Shown here: one piece after another, positions 48,974 to 59,514 of the stretch
Layout of the letters: every line of letters begins with the position of its first letter
How positions within the stretch are numbered: position 1 is the first letter of the stretch
NCBI GenBank assembly: GCA_965207375.1
Contig: OZ242274.1
Location: 480,001 to 544,000, forward strand
Length of the DNA: 64,000 nt
Origin: Nitrosopumilaceae archaeon
Lineage (GTDB): Archaea > Thermoproteota > Nitrososphaeria > Nitrososphaerales > Nitrosopumilaceae
Direction of reading: 5' to 3'
Notes under the pieces: generated by a model
Databases searched by the model: none
Told to the model about the DNA's origin: nothing
The model's input: the letters and a program-made list of their open reading frames with translations, nothing else
Program-made: the position numbers and the translations under genes

Positions 48974-49250
48974 ATTAATTATTAAATTATAAATATTATA
49001 AATATTACTTTTTTTATAATTTATAAAATTTAAAAAATATATTAAATTATTTGACAAAATCACCTATATTCTGGCACATGAAAAGTACGAGTCAGCAGGT
49101 CTAGGCATGGTTCGTGAACTGCGATTATTTATATCAAAACCAGAAGGTGTCAAATGATGCCCACAAAATATAAAAAATATATCTGATGTAGACAAACACT
49201 TGGCATCTATTTCATTCAACCATCAATCATACAAGCGCTAAAAAATGAGA

Positions 49251-49829
49251 TTATGCAGTAGATGTAAGCTGATCGACTACACCGATTTTTTCCTTTCCCT
49301 TTTTGGTGATTGAATACGTATATGGCTTTACATCCTCATTTCTCAAAACTAACCCATCTTCAAATAATTTCTTCATCAATCTTGAGGTGTGCTCCCTACT
49401 TCTCCCAAGTGTGATTTGGATATCACGTGACGTCATAGTTTTATCTGTGATAAGATGCAACACATATTCTACAGCATTATTTGTGCTCATATTGGGCAAT
49501 CTTTGTGCCTGTGTGGTCTCTACCACCTTTACCTTCCTTACATCCTCAATAATGTTTGGCTCTTGGGTCGCAGCAGGCTTTGCAACTGTCTTTGCAGGCA
49601 CTGCCTCTGGCACAGTTGGTCCTACATCCAATGCATCTAGGCGTATTTTCATGTCGATTAATTGACGCTCATAGTACTCTAAACGCTCCAAGTGATCCGG
49701 TTCTATCTCTGTTTTCTTTAAATTCACATAGGGCCTAATTTTGTAATATGCATAAAAAACAAACAATCCCACTAGAAATGCTACTAGTATGCCAAATATC
49801 ACTTCCAAATCGGGAATTTCTACTAACAT
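49251..49829 (-). CDS. Membrane-anchored winged-helix protein
   Basis: N-terminal TM, coiled coil, P/A linker, TSRDIQ..LGRSREHTSRLMKKL...G wHTH. Confidence 0.8.
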   Translation of the reverse strand: MLVEIPDLEVIFGILVAFLVGLFVFYAYYKIRPYVNLKKTEIEPDHLERLEYYERQLIDMKIRLDALDVGPTVPEAVPAKTVAKPAATQEPNIIEDVRKVKVVETTQAQRLPNMSTNNAVEYVLHLITDKTMTSRDIQITLGRSREHTSRLMKKLFEDGLVLRNEDVKPYTYSITKKGKEKIGVVDQLTSTA

Positions 49830-49955
49830 CACTAATCTGTATATTGCAACGTGATATATCATAATTGAATAAAAATAATTCACACAATAGTTAAACAAAA
49901 ACAACATTACTAATATCACAATGTTGATTGATTTTACAGAAAAATGAACCTAACA

Positions 49956-50318
49956 TTACATGTTACAGGCCTGCCTAACCACCTTATCTATCACACTAAT
50001 CACTTGATGCTCACGTTCTGGGAAAACATCACCACCTTTTATCACAGCAATCTGCTCAGAAAGCCTTGACATCACATCAATATCATCAGGCAAAAGCACG
50101 CCTAATCCCTGCAAAAGAACGATTGAATAGTACAATCCTATTAATTTCGTTCTAGATTGATTTACCTGCCTATAATAGGCACCTCTTGTTATAGAAAACT
50201 CAGACTCGGTAAGGTTCTTTTGTTTTAAAATAATTTCAATTTGTCGTTCTGTAAATAGTGATTTTTCTATCATTTCCTTTAAAATGTTGTTAAAATTGGA
50301 TGAATCAATCTTTGCCAT
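49956..50318 (-). CDS. Hypothetical protein with HTH-like region
   Basis: SLFTERQIEII...ITRGAYYR pattern. Confidence 0.75.
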   Translation of the reverse strand: MAKIDSSNFNNILKEMIEKSLFTERQIEIILKQKNLTESEFSITRGAYYRQVNQSRTKLIGLYYSIVLLQGLGVLLPDDIDVMSRLSEQIAVIKGGDVFPEREHQVISVIDKVVRQACNM

Positions 50319-50382
50319 AGCTATACAAAACTGTATACACCACTACAATTAAACTTTAAAGAGCTAGATTAGAACCTGATTT

Positions 50383-51138
50383 ATGACTAAACAACCCGTA
50401 GAAGATTATCTTAAATCAGAATTAAAGAAAAAAAATACCCTGTTATTTGCACTTGTTGACTCTGAGGTCTCAGATCCATCTGCTGCAACAAAACTGGCAA
50501 GGCAGGTAGAAAAGTTAGGAGCTTCAGCCATTTTGGTGGGAGGTTCTTCTGCAACTGACCAAATTGAAATGTCCAAAGTTGTAAAAGGCATCAAAAAATC
50601 TATTAAAATTCCAATAATCTTGTTCCCAGGAAATGTTACTGGAGTGGTACCTGAAGCCGATGCAATCCTGTTTAGCTCGTTGATGAATTCTGAAAACCCA
50701 TACTTTATCACTCAAGCTCAGGCGCTAGGTGCGCCAAGTGTTTTAAAATTTGGATTGGAACCATTGCCAACTGCATATCTGGTAGTTGGCCAAGGAACAT
50801 CTGCTTGGTTTGTGGGCTCTGCAAGGGGGATTCCATTTGAAAAGCCCAATATCGCCGCTGCGTATTCGCTGGCAGCCCAATTTCTAGGTATGAGATTTGT
50901 CTATTTGGAGGCAGGCTCTGGTGCCAAGACAAATGTAACTCCAGAAATGATAAAATCGGTGCGCAAGATCTTCAACGGTTTTATTATCGTAGGCGGCGGA
51001 ATCCGTGACGCTAAAACTGCAAAAACACTTGCCGCTGCAGGAGCAGATGCACTAGTAATTGGAACGTTACTGGAGAAAAATACAAGTGTTAAAAAACTGA
51101 CCGAAATAGCAAAAGCCATCCACTCCGTCAAGAAATAG
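50383..51138 (+). CDS. Geranylgeranylglyceryl phosphate synthase
   Basis: ILVGGS, ILFPG, YLEAGSG, VGGGIR. Confidence 0.95.
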   Translation: MTKQPVEDYLKSELKKKNTLLFALVDSEVSDPSAATKLARQVEKLGASAILVGGSSATDQIEMSKVVKGIKKSIKIPIILFPGNVTGVVPEADAILFSSLMNSENPYFITQAQALGAPSVLKFGLEPLPTAYLVVGQGTSAWFVGSARGIPFEKPNIAAAYSLAAQFLGMRFVYLEAGSGAKTNVTPEMIKSVRKIFNGFIIVGGGIRDAKTAKTLAAAGADALVIGTLLEKNTSVKKLTEIAKAIHSVKK

Positions 51139-54100
51139 ATGGAAAACAACACCGCAATCAGTAGAATCGAAGGAATAAAGATGCCAGATTACTACCTGGC
51201 ATACTATTCTGGATTGTCAGAGGACACCTACAAAATATTTGAAAATGCAGCATCTGCCAAATCTACACTAGTTGATTCTTCAGGCATGATTGAACCAAAA
51301 ATTGCATTTGATCTAGCAGACAGAGTCGCAAAAATGCACGATATTGACATATCCGAGCCCTTGAGGGAATTGCTAAAAACAAACGGCAAGGAACTTTCTG
51401 CGTTAATTATTTCAAAGGAAATTGCATTGGGAAAATATCTCCCTCAAGATTCCACAGTGCAGCAGCGCCTTGACCTGGCAGTTAGAGTAGGATTGGCAAT
51501 TGTTACCGAAGGAGTTACAATTGCACCACTACAAGGAATCTCTGAAGTTAAAATTAAGAAAAACAAAGACGGTAGCGATTACCTCTCAGTATCAATAGCA
51601 GGACCCATGCGTTCTGCGGGAGGTACAGAATCTGCAGTTACCATGCTGATAGCAGATCATGTTAGAAAGGCAGTGGATCTAGCAGAGTACCAGGCAAATT
51701 CATTTGATGATGAAACCGGCAGATTCGTTGAAGAATTGAGAATTTACGAGAGGGAGGCGGGCAGCTTTCAGTTTCACGTACTTGATGAGGATATAGTTAC
51801 TGTGATCTCTCACCTGCCGGTAGAGCTAGATGGTGTCGATACAGATCCGTTTGAGGTTGTTAATCACAAAGGTATGGTACGCATGAAAACTGACAGGGTA
51901 CGCGGAGGTGCATTACGCGTTCTCAATGACGGATTAATTGGAAGATCCAAAAAACTTCTCAAAAGAATTGAACTGTACAATCTAGATGGTTGGGAGTGGC
52001 TAAATGATCTAAAGGGAGCCGTTCAAACCGGTGACAAACAGGAGGATGCTGCAGCCAAGAGAATGCGTGAAGTAATTACAGGCCGCTCCGTTTTATCCAT
52101 GCCCAACAAACTCGGAGGATTTAGGCTCAGATATGGAAGATCCTGCAATACTGGTTTTGCAGCAATAGGATTTCATCCCGTGGTAGCCGAAATACTAGAT
52201 CATACCATTGCTGTGGGTACGCAGGTAAAAATTGATACTCCAGGAAAGGGCGCCACGGTGGCCTTTGTAGATACCATTGATACACCAACTGTCAGACTTC
52301 GAAATGGAAACGTAGTCAAAATTCAAAGCACTAAACATGGCATATCTCTAAAGCCTGAAATTGAAAAGATCTTACACCTAGGTGACATCTTGATCTCATT
52401 TGGCGACTTTCTTGAAAACAATACTCAGTTGGTTCCAACCGGATATGTAGAAGAGTTTTGGATAGAGGAACTAAAAGAACATCTTGCAGATGCATCACAG
52501 GATGAACCATTATTGAATTTTCTAATCTCTACACCTACACTTGAGCAATCCATTGACCTGTCACTGAAATTAAACATGCCACTACATCCTAGATACCTGT
52601 ATTATTGGGACAAAATCACTAATGAAGATCTTAGCATGCTCTTAAAACCACAAAACGTAAAAGATAATCAAATCTATTATTTACCATCGTGTAAAAAAAT
52701 TCTAGAAAACCTCGGCACACCTCACAAAATACAACAGGACCAAATACTACTTGAAGGCATAGAGTCTAGAATTTTCTCTAACCTACTGTTTAGAAATGAA
52801 TTCAAGGTTGACCCTGATCTATCCGTACCCGAAAACATAACGGCGTCCTCGGGCATAGAGATACGTGCAAAGTTCTCTACTACTATAGGAGTTCGCATCG
52901 GCAGACCAGAAAAGGCCGCCCCCAGACAAATGAAGCCTCCAACCCACACATTATTTCCCGTAGGTGAGAAAGGCACCATAACAAGGAATTTGTTAAAAGC
53001 TGCTGCCCGCCCAGACTTTTATACCAATATCTCAAACCGAATCTGCAAAGAGTGCGACTTGCCTTCAATTGGAATCCGGTGTCAGGAATGTGGCAGTAAA
53101 ACTACTACATCTTACAAGTGCCCCAGATGTAGAGACATTACAGATTCGGATCATTGCACAAAATGTAAACGACCCGCGCACGCCTACTCGTACAGGGCCT
53201 TTCCATTAAAGAGCAAACTGATGACGGCGCAACAAAAAACCGGCCTGCGGGCACAGGATCCATTTAAGGGTGTAAAGGAGCTTATCAGCCAAGACAAGAT
53301 TGCAGAACCACTAGAAAAGGGACTGATACGTCAAAGTCTGGGATTGACCGTGTTTAAGGACGGAACCGTCAGATATGATGCAACAAATTCCCCCCTGACC
53401 CACTTTAAGCCATCCTGGATTGGAACATCTGTTGCAAAACTAGTCGAATTGGGTTATACCCATGATGCAGACGGCAATGCCCTATCAGATCCTGATCAGC
53501 TCGTAGAGTTGCGCATGCAAGATATTGTAATACCACATGAATGTGGAAAGTATCTGGTTAACACATGCAAATACATTGATTCTGAATTGGAAAAATTCTA
53601 TGGCAAACCCCCGTTTTTTAAAGTAGAAAATACAGAACAGCTGACAGGACATTTGATTATAGGCCTTGCACCACATACCTCCGTCGGCATCGTGGGCAGG
53701 ATCATTGGGTACACAAATACGCACGTTTGCTTTGCAACTCCTAACTGGCATTCGGCCAAAAGACGTGATGCCGACGGCGATGCAGATTCAATAATGCTCC
53801 TGATGGACGCCCTTCTTAATTTTTCAAGACAGTTTCTCTCTGATAGAATCGGGGGATTAATGGACGCTCCACTATTGATACAGCCGTTGGTACTACCTCA
53901 TGAATCCCAGCCCCAGGCCCACAATCTTGAGGTTACAAAACTCTTTTCCAAAAACTTTTTTGAAGACACCATACAGCAGAAAAAGGCATCAAACATTAAT
54001 TCAGTAGAGATTATCAAGAACAGATTAGAAACAGCACAACAGTTTTACAACTATCACTTTACTCACACAACAACAAGTCTTACTACCTCAAAATCGCGCA

Positions 54101-54516
54101 GTGCATATTCGACTCTGGGCTCGATGCTTGACAAATGTGACATGCAAATTAAAAATGCGGATTTAATTGAGGCAGTAGATACCACCGAAATCGTATCGAA
54201 TTTGATATCCACACATCTTGTTCCTGACATTGTAGGAAATCTCAGAGCGTATGCCCGACAGAGTTTTCGATGTACCGCCTGTAGGCGCAGCTTTCGCAGA
54301 ATGCCACTATTACAAACGTGCGTGTGCGGCCACAATCTAATTCAAACCATTACCAGAGCATCCATTGAAAAATATCTCAAACTTGCAAAACGCCTTGTCA
54401 AAAAGTATGACGTAGGCAAGTATCAGACTGCACGCATTGCAGCACTATCTGATGAGATAGATCTGGTCTTTGGCCCCAATTCAGGCGACCAATTGCTCCT
54501 TACGGACTATAACTAG
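51139..54516 (+). CDS. polC: DNA polymerase D large subunit DP2
   Basis: AGPMRSAGGT, GFRLRYGR, Zn-finger clusters, catalytic KRRDADGD; no intein. Confidence 0.97.
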   Translation: MENNTAISRIEGIKMPDYYLAYYSGLSEDTYKIFENAASAKSTLVDSSGMIEPKIAFDLADRVAKMHDIDISEPLRELLKTNGKELSALIISKEIALGKYLPQDSTVQQRLDLAVRVGLAIVTEGVTIAPLQGISEVKIKKNKDGSDYLSVSIAGPMRSAGGTESAVTMLIADHVRKAVDLAEYQANSFDDETGRFVEELRIYEREAGSFQFHVLDEDIVTVISHLPVELDGVDTDPFEVVNHKGMVRMKTDRVRGGALRVLNDGLIGRSKKLLKRIELYNLDGWEWLNDLKGAVQTGDKQEDAAAKRMREVITGRSVLSMPNKLGGFRLRYGRSCNTGFAAIGFHPVVAEILDHTIAVGTQVKIDTPGKGATVAFVDTIDTPTVRLRNGNVVKIQSTKHGISLKPEIEKILHLGDILISFGDFLENNTQLVPTGYVEEFWIEELKEHLADASQDEPLLNFLISTPTLEQSIDLSLKLNMPLHPRYLYYWDKITNEDLSMLLKPQNVKDNQIYYLPSCKKILENLGTPHKIQQDQILLEGIESRIFSNLLFRNEFKVDPDLSVPENITASSGIEIRAKFSTTIGVRIGRPEKAAPRQMKPPTHTLFPVGEKGTITRNLLKAAARPDFYTNISNRICKECDLPSIGIRCQECGSKTTTSYKCPRCRDITDSDHCTKCKRPAHAYSYRAFPLKSKLMTAQQKTGLRAQDPFKGVKELISQDKIAEPLEKGLIRQSLGLTVFKDGTVRYDATNSPLTHFKPSWIGTSVAKLVELGYTHDADGNALSDPDQLVELRMQDIVIPHECGKYLVNTCKYIDSELEKFYGKPPFFKVENTEQLTGHLIIGLAPHTSVGIVGRIIGYTNTHVCFATPNWHSAKRRDADGDADSIMLLMDALLNFSRQFLSDRIGGLMDAPLLIQPLVLPHESQPQAHNLEVTKLFSKNFFEDTIQQKKASNINSVEIIKNRLETAQQFYNYHFTHTTTSLTTSKSRSAYSTLGSMLDKCDMQIKNADLIEAVDTTEIVSNLISTHLVPDIVGNLRAYARQSFRCTACRRSFRRMPLLQTCVCGHNLIQTITRASIEKYLKLAKRLVKKYDVGKYQTARIAALSDEIDLVFGPNSGDQLLLTDYN

Positions 54517-55835
54517 CGTAATTTGACATATTCATAAGCGCCAAGCTTTTTGTCAAAACAATAATGCACCTTTTGGAAATCCTTTCTAAATGATTTGACC
54601 TTTGATGCCAGTCTCTTTGGATCCTTTTTATCAACTATTATCTGCTTGATATATGATGCAATCTCCTGCATTTGGTCCTTTTTCATTCCAAGTCTGGTAA
54701 TTTCTGATACGCCCAATCTAATTCCTCCAGGATGAAAGTAATTCCTGCCAGCCTTAATGTCTCCTGGAATGAGCTGTCTGTTGATAATTATATTGGCCTT
54801 TTCAAGATCTGCTTCTACCTTACCTCCATCAGAATAATCTAAAACATTTACCGCAATTTGATGAGATTCTGTAAATCCCCTGCGCTCTCCCAATACTTTG
54901 AAACCCAAATTATTTAGGGCCTCTGCTAGTGCCTTTGCATTTTTGATTACCTGTATCGTATAGTCTTTTCCAAATTCAAGGGCCTCTGCTAGTGCAACTG
55001 CCTTTGCACCCATGTGGTGTATGTGGTGGCTACTAGTTAATCCAGGAAACATTGCCTTTTTGACTGCGTCTGCATGCTCCTCTCTTCCCAATACGAGGCC
55101 GCCTTGAGGACCAAATAGTGTCTTGTGAGTACTCATAGTCATTGTGTCTGCACCCTCCCTCAAAGGATCCTGAAATTTACCACCTGCAATCAATCCTGCA
55201 ACATGTGCTGCATCATAATTGATGTGCATATCATAACTCTTTAGAAAATCTGCCAATTCCTTTACAGGATGTGGAAACAAGAACAACGATCCTCCAAACA
55301 TGGCCATCTTTGGCAGACGGCCCGCTTTTTTGAGATCTACGATCTTTTGTTTTGTTTTATCAACATCGATAGTCATCTCTTGGGCATCAAATGGATAAAA
55401 TTCAATTTCTAATCCATGTACTAGGCCTGCAGTACCTGCATGTTCTCTTTTTCCATGTGATATGTGACCTCCCGCAGGAATAGACGGAGCCAGCATCACA
55501 TCTCCGGGGTTTGTAAATGCCGAGTATATTGCCAGATTAGCTACCACTCCCGATATTGCTCTTACATCTGCAAATTTAGCCTTGTAAAGTTTTTTTGCAA
55601 GCTTCATACATTCAAACTCTACGTCATCAATGTAGAGACATCCTGCATAAACTCGCTCGCCCGGCCAGCCTTCTGCATATCTGTTGCCAAAATCTGAAAT
55701 CAATGCCTCCCTTACTGCAGGACTAGGAATATTCTCACTTGCAATTAGCGGTATTGAATTTTCAAACCATTTATTGTGGGTCTTTAGCTTGTCAAAGATT
55801 TTGTCATAGGATTGCCTATTTATTGACTTGGCCAT
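54513..55835 (-). CDS. glyA: Serine hydroxymethyltransferase
   Basis: LIASEN, YAEG, GGHISH, DAAH, STHKT. Confidence 0.96.
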   Translation of the reverse strand: MAKSINRQSYDKIFDKLKTHNKWFENSIPLIASENIPSPAVREALISDFGNRYAEGWPGERVYAGCLYIDDVEFECMKLAKKLYKAKFADVRAISGVVANLAIYSAFTNPGDVMLAPSIPAGGHISHGKREHAGTAGLVHGLEIEFYPFDAQEMTIDVDKTKQKIVDLKKAGRLPKMAMFGGSLFLFPHPVKELADFLKSYDMHINYDAAHVAGLIAGGKFQDPLREGADTMTMSTHKTLFGPQGGLVLGREEHADAVKKAMFPGLTSSHHIHHMGAKAVALAEALEFGKDYTIQVIKNAKALAEALNNLGFKVLGERRGFTESHQIAVNVLDYSDGGKVEADLEKANIIINRQLIPGDIKAGRNYFHPGGIRLGVSEITRLGMKKDQMQEIASYIKQIIVDKKDPKRLASKVKSFRKDFQKVHYCFDKKLGAYEYVKLR

Positions 55836-55938
55836 ACCGTGTAATTTGAAATTCCCAATTTAAAAACACCGCTTTAAATCAGGTGCTTGTAATTTGATTA
55901 AAAAAGGTATAAAAAGGGATTTGAATGTTTTGTGATTT

Positions 55939-57630
55939 ATGAGTGCAACTAACAAGGGCAATATGCCAGTAGTTCTGTTAAAGGACGGGGCTTCAGAAAG
56001 TAAGGGTAGAGAGGCACAAAAAAACAATATTTCAGCATGTAAAATTATCGCAGAAATAATCCACACTAGTTTAGGACCAAGAGGAATGGATAAAATGTTA
56101 GTTGACTCTTTGGGCGATGTAACAATTACAAATGATGGTGCAACAATTCTCAAAGAAATTGATGTCCAGCACCCTGCAGCTAAAATGATGGTGGAAATTT
56201 CAAAAACCACAGATAATGAAGTAGGCGACGGTACAACGTCGGCAGTAGTACTTGGAGGGGCATTGATGGAGAACGCAGAATCTCTAATAGAACAAGAGGT
56301 TCATCCGACGGTAATTGTTGATGGTTATAGAAAGGCAGGTAAAAAAGCAAAACAATACCTGCAAGATATTTCTGAAAAAATCACACCAAGTGACAAGACA
56401 ATATTGAAGAAAATTGCAAAAACGTCAATGCAAACAAAGCTTGTCAGAAAAGACTCTGCTCTCTTGGCAGATTTGACCGTTCAATCAGTTATAGCAGTAG
56501 CTGAAAAGGAAGGTGACAAGTATACCGTTGATATTGATGACATTAAGGTTGAAAAAAAGGCAGGTGGTTCGATAAAGGACTCTGCAGTTATTCAGGGTAT
56601 TGTTTTGGATAAGGAAATAGTTCACGGCGGCATGCCAAAGAAAATCACTCAAGCCAAAATTGCATTAATTAACACCGCACTAGAAATCAGTAAAACTGAA
56701 ACCGATGCAAAAATTAACATTCAGAATCCACAACAAATGAAGGGCTTTTTGGATGAGGAAAACAGAATGCTCAAAAACATGGTAGACAAGGTCATAGGTT
56801 CTGGCGCAAATGTAGTCTTGTGCCAAAAAGGAATCGATGACATGGCACAACACTATCTGGCCAAGGCAGGCATTGTAGCAATTAGAAGAATTAAAGAAAG
56901 CGATCTGACAAAACTTGCCAAAGCCACAGGTGCAAGAATTGTTACCAATCTCAATGATCTGTTTGACAAAGATCTTGGATCCGCTGAAATAGTTGAGGAA
57001 CGCAAGATTGAGGAGGATCGCTGGGTCTTCATTGAAGGTTGCAAACACCCAAAGGCTGTCACCATACTGCTTCGAGGCGGCTCCCAAAGGGTGGTTGACG
57101 AAGTAGACAGATCTATTCATGATGCAATTATGGTTGTAAAAGATGTAATGCACGAACCCTTCATTGTCGCAGGCGGCGGAGCTCCTGAGACATATGCTGC
57201 TGCCAAGCTGCGAAATTGGGCAAAATCATTAGAGGGTAGAGAACAACTAGCAGTTGAAAAATTTGCCGAATCCCTAGAGGCCATCCCACTAGCACTATCT
57301 GAAAATGCAGGTATGGATCCAATAGATACATTGACTGCTCTTAGAGCAAAACAGCTAAAGGGTGAGAAATGGACCGGAATTGATGTTATGCAAGGAAAAA
57401 TTTCCAATATGAAATCCAGTGATATTGTCGAACCATTAGCAGTAAAACTACAGATAGTTTCTGCAGCAACTGAAGCTGCATGCATGATTCTTAGAATTGA
57501 TGATGTAATTGCAACTGCAAAATCTGCCGGACCTCCACCTGGTGCCGAAGGCGGCATGGGTGGTATGCCACCGGGTATGGGCGGCATGCCAGGCATGGGT
57601 GGTATGCCTGATATGGGCGGAATGATGTAA
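55939..57630 (+). CDS. Thermosome (group II chaperonin) subunit
   Basis: SLGPRGMDKM, TNDGATIL, GDGTTS; C-terminal GGM repeats. Confidence 0.97.
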   Translation: MSATNKGNMPVVLLKDGASESKGREAQKNNISACKIIAEIIHTSLGPRGMDKMLVDSLGDVTITNDGATILKEIDVQHPAAKMMVEISKTTDNEVGDGTTSAVVLGGALMENAESLIEQEVHPTVIVDGYRKAGKKAKQYLQDISEKITPSDKTILKKIAKTSMQTKLVRKDSALLADLTVQSVIAVAEKEGDKYTVDIDDIKVEKKAGGSIKDSAVIQGIVLDKEIVHGGMPKKITQAKIALINTALEISKTETDAKINIQNPQQMKGFLDEENRMLKNMVDKVIGSGANVVLCQKGIDDMAQHYLAKAGIVAIRRIKESDLTKLAKATGARIVTNLNDLFDKDLGSAEIVEERKIEEDRWVFIEGCKHPKAVTILLRGGSQRVVDEVDRSIHDAIMVVKDVMHEPFIVAGGGAPETYAAAKLRNWAKSLEGREQLAVEKFAESLEAIPLALSENAGMDPIDTLTALRAKQLKGEKWTGIDVMQGKISNMKSSDIVEPLAVKLQIVSAATEAACMILRIDDVIATAKSAGPPPGAEGGMGGMPPGMGGMPGMGGMPDMGGMM

Positions 57631-57672
57631 TCTCATCAAAGGTTTATTTGATTCCAAAATTTACAGTTCACA

Positions 57673-57999
57673 TTGAAAAAGAAAAAGAGTCTTCAAAAAG
57701 ATATTCCCAAAACCCGACTGGGAAATATATCTGTCTTAAATATTAAATCCGGATTTAAATACGTCTACATCACTGCATTCTTCGTTTTACTATCAGGATT
57801 TTTTCATCCGATAATTACTGAAACAAGCTTTGATGGTGTGATTGCAGGCACAATTGTTCTTTTTGTAGGCCTGTTTGGCGGCATTTTGCTATACAAGGCT
57901 GCATCGGCTGAAAACAACAAGACAATACTGTTGGGATCAGGATTCGGTCTTCTTGCCATCTCGTTTGTTTTTATCTTTCAATTGACTGGCAGAGTATAG
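57673..57999 (+). CDS. Small membrane protein (3 TM)
   Basis: Three hydrophobic segments; fills the gap between thermosome and glnA. Confidence 0.7.
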   Translation: MKKKKSLQKDIPKTRLGNISVLNIKSGFKYVYITAFFVLLSGFFHPIITETSFDGVIAGTIVLFVGLFGGILLYKAASAENNKTILLGSGFGLLAISFVFIFQLTGRV

Positions 58000-59460
58000 T
58001 TATACATCAAAATAAAGATAGAATTCGTGCGGGTGCGGTCTAATTGATATCTCGCGCTGTTCCTTTCGCTCAATTGCAATAAGTGTGTCAATTACGCTGT
58101 CTGTAAAAATTGGAAGCAGGAATTTTCTGTCGCTTTCCAGCTCGTCTAATGCCTCTCCCAGATTTGCCGGAAGCACGCCTATCCCGCGTTTTATTCTCTC
58201 TGCCTTGGTCATCTTGAATATGTCTTCGCGAACCTGATCTCCTGGATCTATCTTCTTTTTAATTCCGTCTAGACCTGCAGACAGTACTGCAGAAAATACA
58301 AGATATGGATTTGCTGAAGGATCAGGCGCCCTAAACTCTAATCTCTTAAGATGGGCATAGCCTACCCCCTTGAAATGTTTTGGAACCCTTACTATTGCAG
58401 ATCTATTGCTTGCACTCCATGCAATGTATACTGGAGCCTCATAACCTGGAACTAGTCTGTGGTATGAATTGGTGGTGGGATTAGAAATAGCAGATAATGC
58501 CTTTGCGTGTTGTATTATTCCTCCGCAAAAGTATCTTCCCAGCTGGCTCAGTTCATCTTCTGCATCAGGATCATAGAATGCATTTTTCTTTCCCTTCCAC
58601 AAACTTACATTTGTGTGCATGCCAGAACCCGAATCCATTGAGATCGGCTTTGGCATCATTGTTGCTATTTTGCCATACTTTTGAGCGATATTTCTAACTA
58701 CAAATTTGTATGATTGTGCAGCATCTGCTGCATTTGTAAGATGATCATATCTTATGTCAATTTCACACTGGCCTGCAGTTGCCACTTCGTGGTGGTGATT
58801 GTCACACAGGATTCCAAATTCTTCGTTTAAGATATTTACACATTCATTCCTAAATGGTGATAACGTATCTGAGGGAGTACTTGGATAATAGCCCTCCTGC
58901 AATCCCATGGGGTATCCCTTTCCAGCCTTACTCCATGGTGCCTCTGCAGATTCAATGCTGTATGATTGTCCCTTGTAAGGTGTCAAAACATCCCAATGGA
59001 CCTCATCAAAGACAAAAAATTCAACCTCTGGTCCCCAGTTACTTGTGTCAAAACCCTGAGCCTTGAGGTGCTCTTCTGCCTTTTGTGCAATTCCTCTGGG
59101 ATCCCTTGATAGCCTGCCTCGGTCCTCTCCCCAATAAACATCGCAGATTAGTCTGGCGGTTTTATTTTCTGTATACCAAGGTATTTTTGCATACGTGTTA
59201 GAATCAGGCTTTAAAATCAAATCTGAATCATCGATACTTGTAAAGCCCACAATCGATGATCCATCCAATTTCGGAAGTCCATCTTGCATCTGTTCTGGCG
59301 TAAAAGTATCAGAAGAAATTGTAGTATGGTGGTATCGCCCCGTCAAACTCGTAAATTGTAGATCTATGAACTTTATTTCATCGTGATGTATTTTCGAAAA
59401 CACCTCATCTGGCGAATATGTTATCTGATGTGGCTTTCCATGACTAACTTTATACGGCAA
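58000..59460 (-). CDS. glnA: Glutamine synthetase type I
   Basis: DGSSI, GPEVEFF, HHEVA, MPKP...SGSGMH, NRSA, EFRAPD. Confidence 0.97.
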   Translation of the reverse strand: MPYKVSHGKPHQITYSPDEVFSKIHHDEIKFIDLQFTSLTGRYHHTTISSDTFTPEQMQDGLPKLDGSSIVGFTSIDDSDLILKPDSNTYAKIPWYTENKTARLICDVYWGEDRGRLSRDPRGIAQKAEEHLKAQGFDTSNWGPEVEFFVFDEVHWDVLTPYKGQSYSIESAEAPWSKAGKGYPMGLQEGYYPSTPSDTLSPFRNECVNILNEEFGILCDNHHHEVATAGQCEIDIRYDHLTNAADAAQSYKFVVRNIAQKYGKIATMMPKPISMDSGSGMHTNVSLWKGKKNAFYDPDAEDELSQLGRYFCGGIIQHAKALSAISNPTTNSYHRLVPGYEAPVYIAWSASNRSAIVRVPKHFKGVGYAHLKRLEFRAPDPSANPYLVFSAVLSAGLDGIKKKIDPGDQVREDIFKMTKAERIKRGIGVLPANLGEALDELESDRKFLLPIFTDSVIDTLIAIERKEQREISIRPHPHEFYLYFDV

Positions 59461-59514
59461 TTTTATACGTCAAGCTAACACAAATACATCTGTCATTTAA
59501 GGATTAGGTAGAAC

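Noticed and set aside
51139-54516. Possible intein in PolD DP2 (also checked in Cdc6)
   Set aside because: Lengths are normal and conserved motifs are uninterrupted.
57541-57630. GC-rich ggcggcatg-type tandem repeats
   Set aside because: They encode the normal GGM tail of the thermosome.
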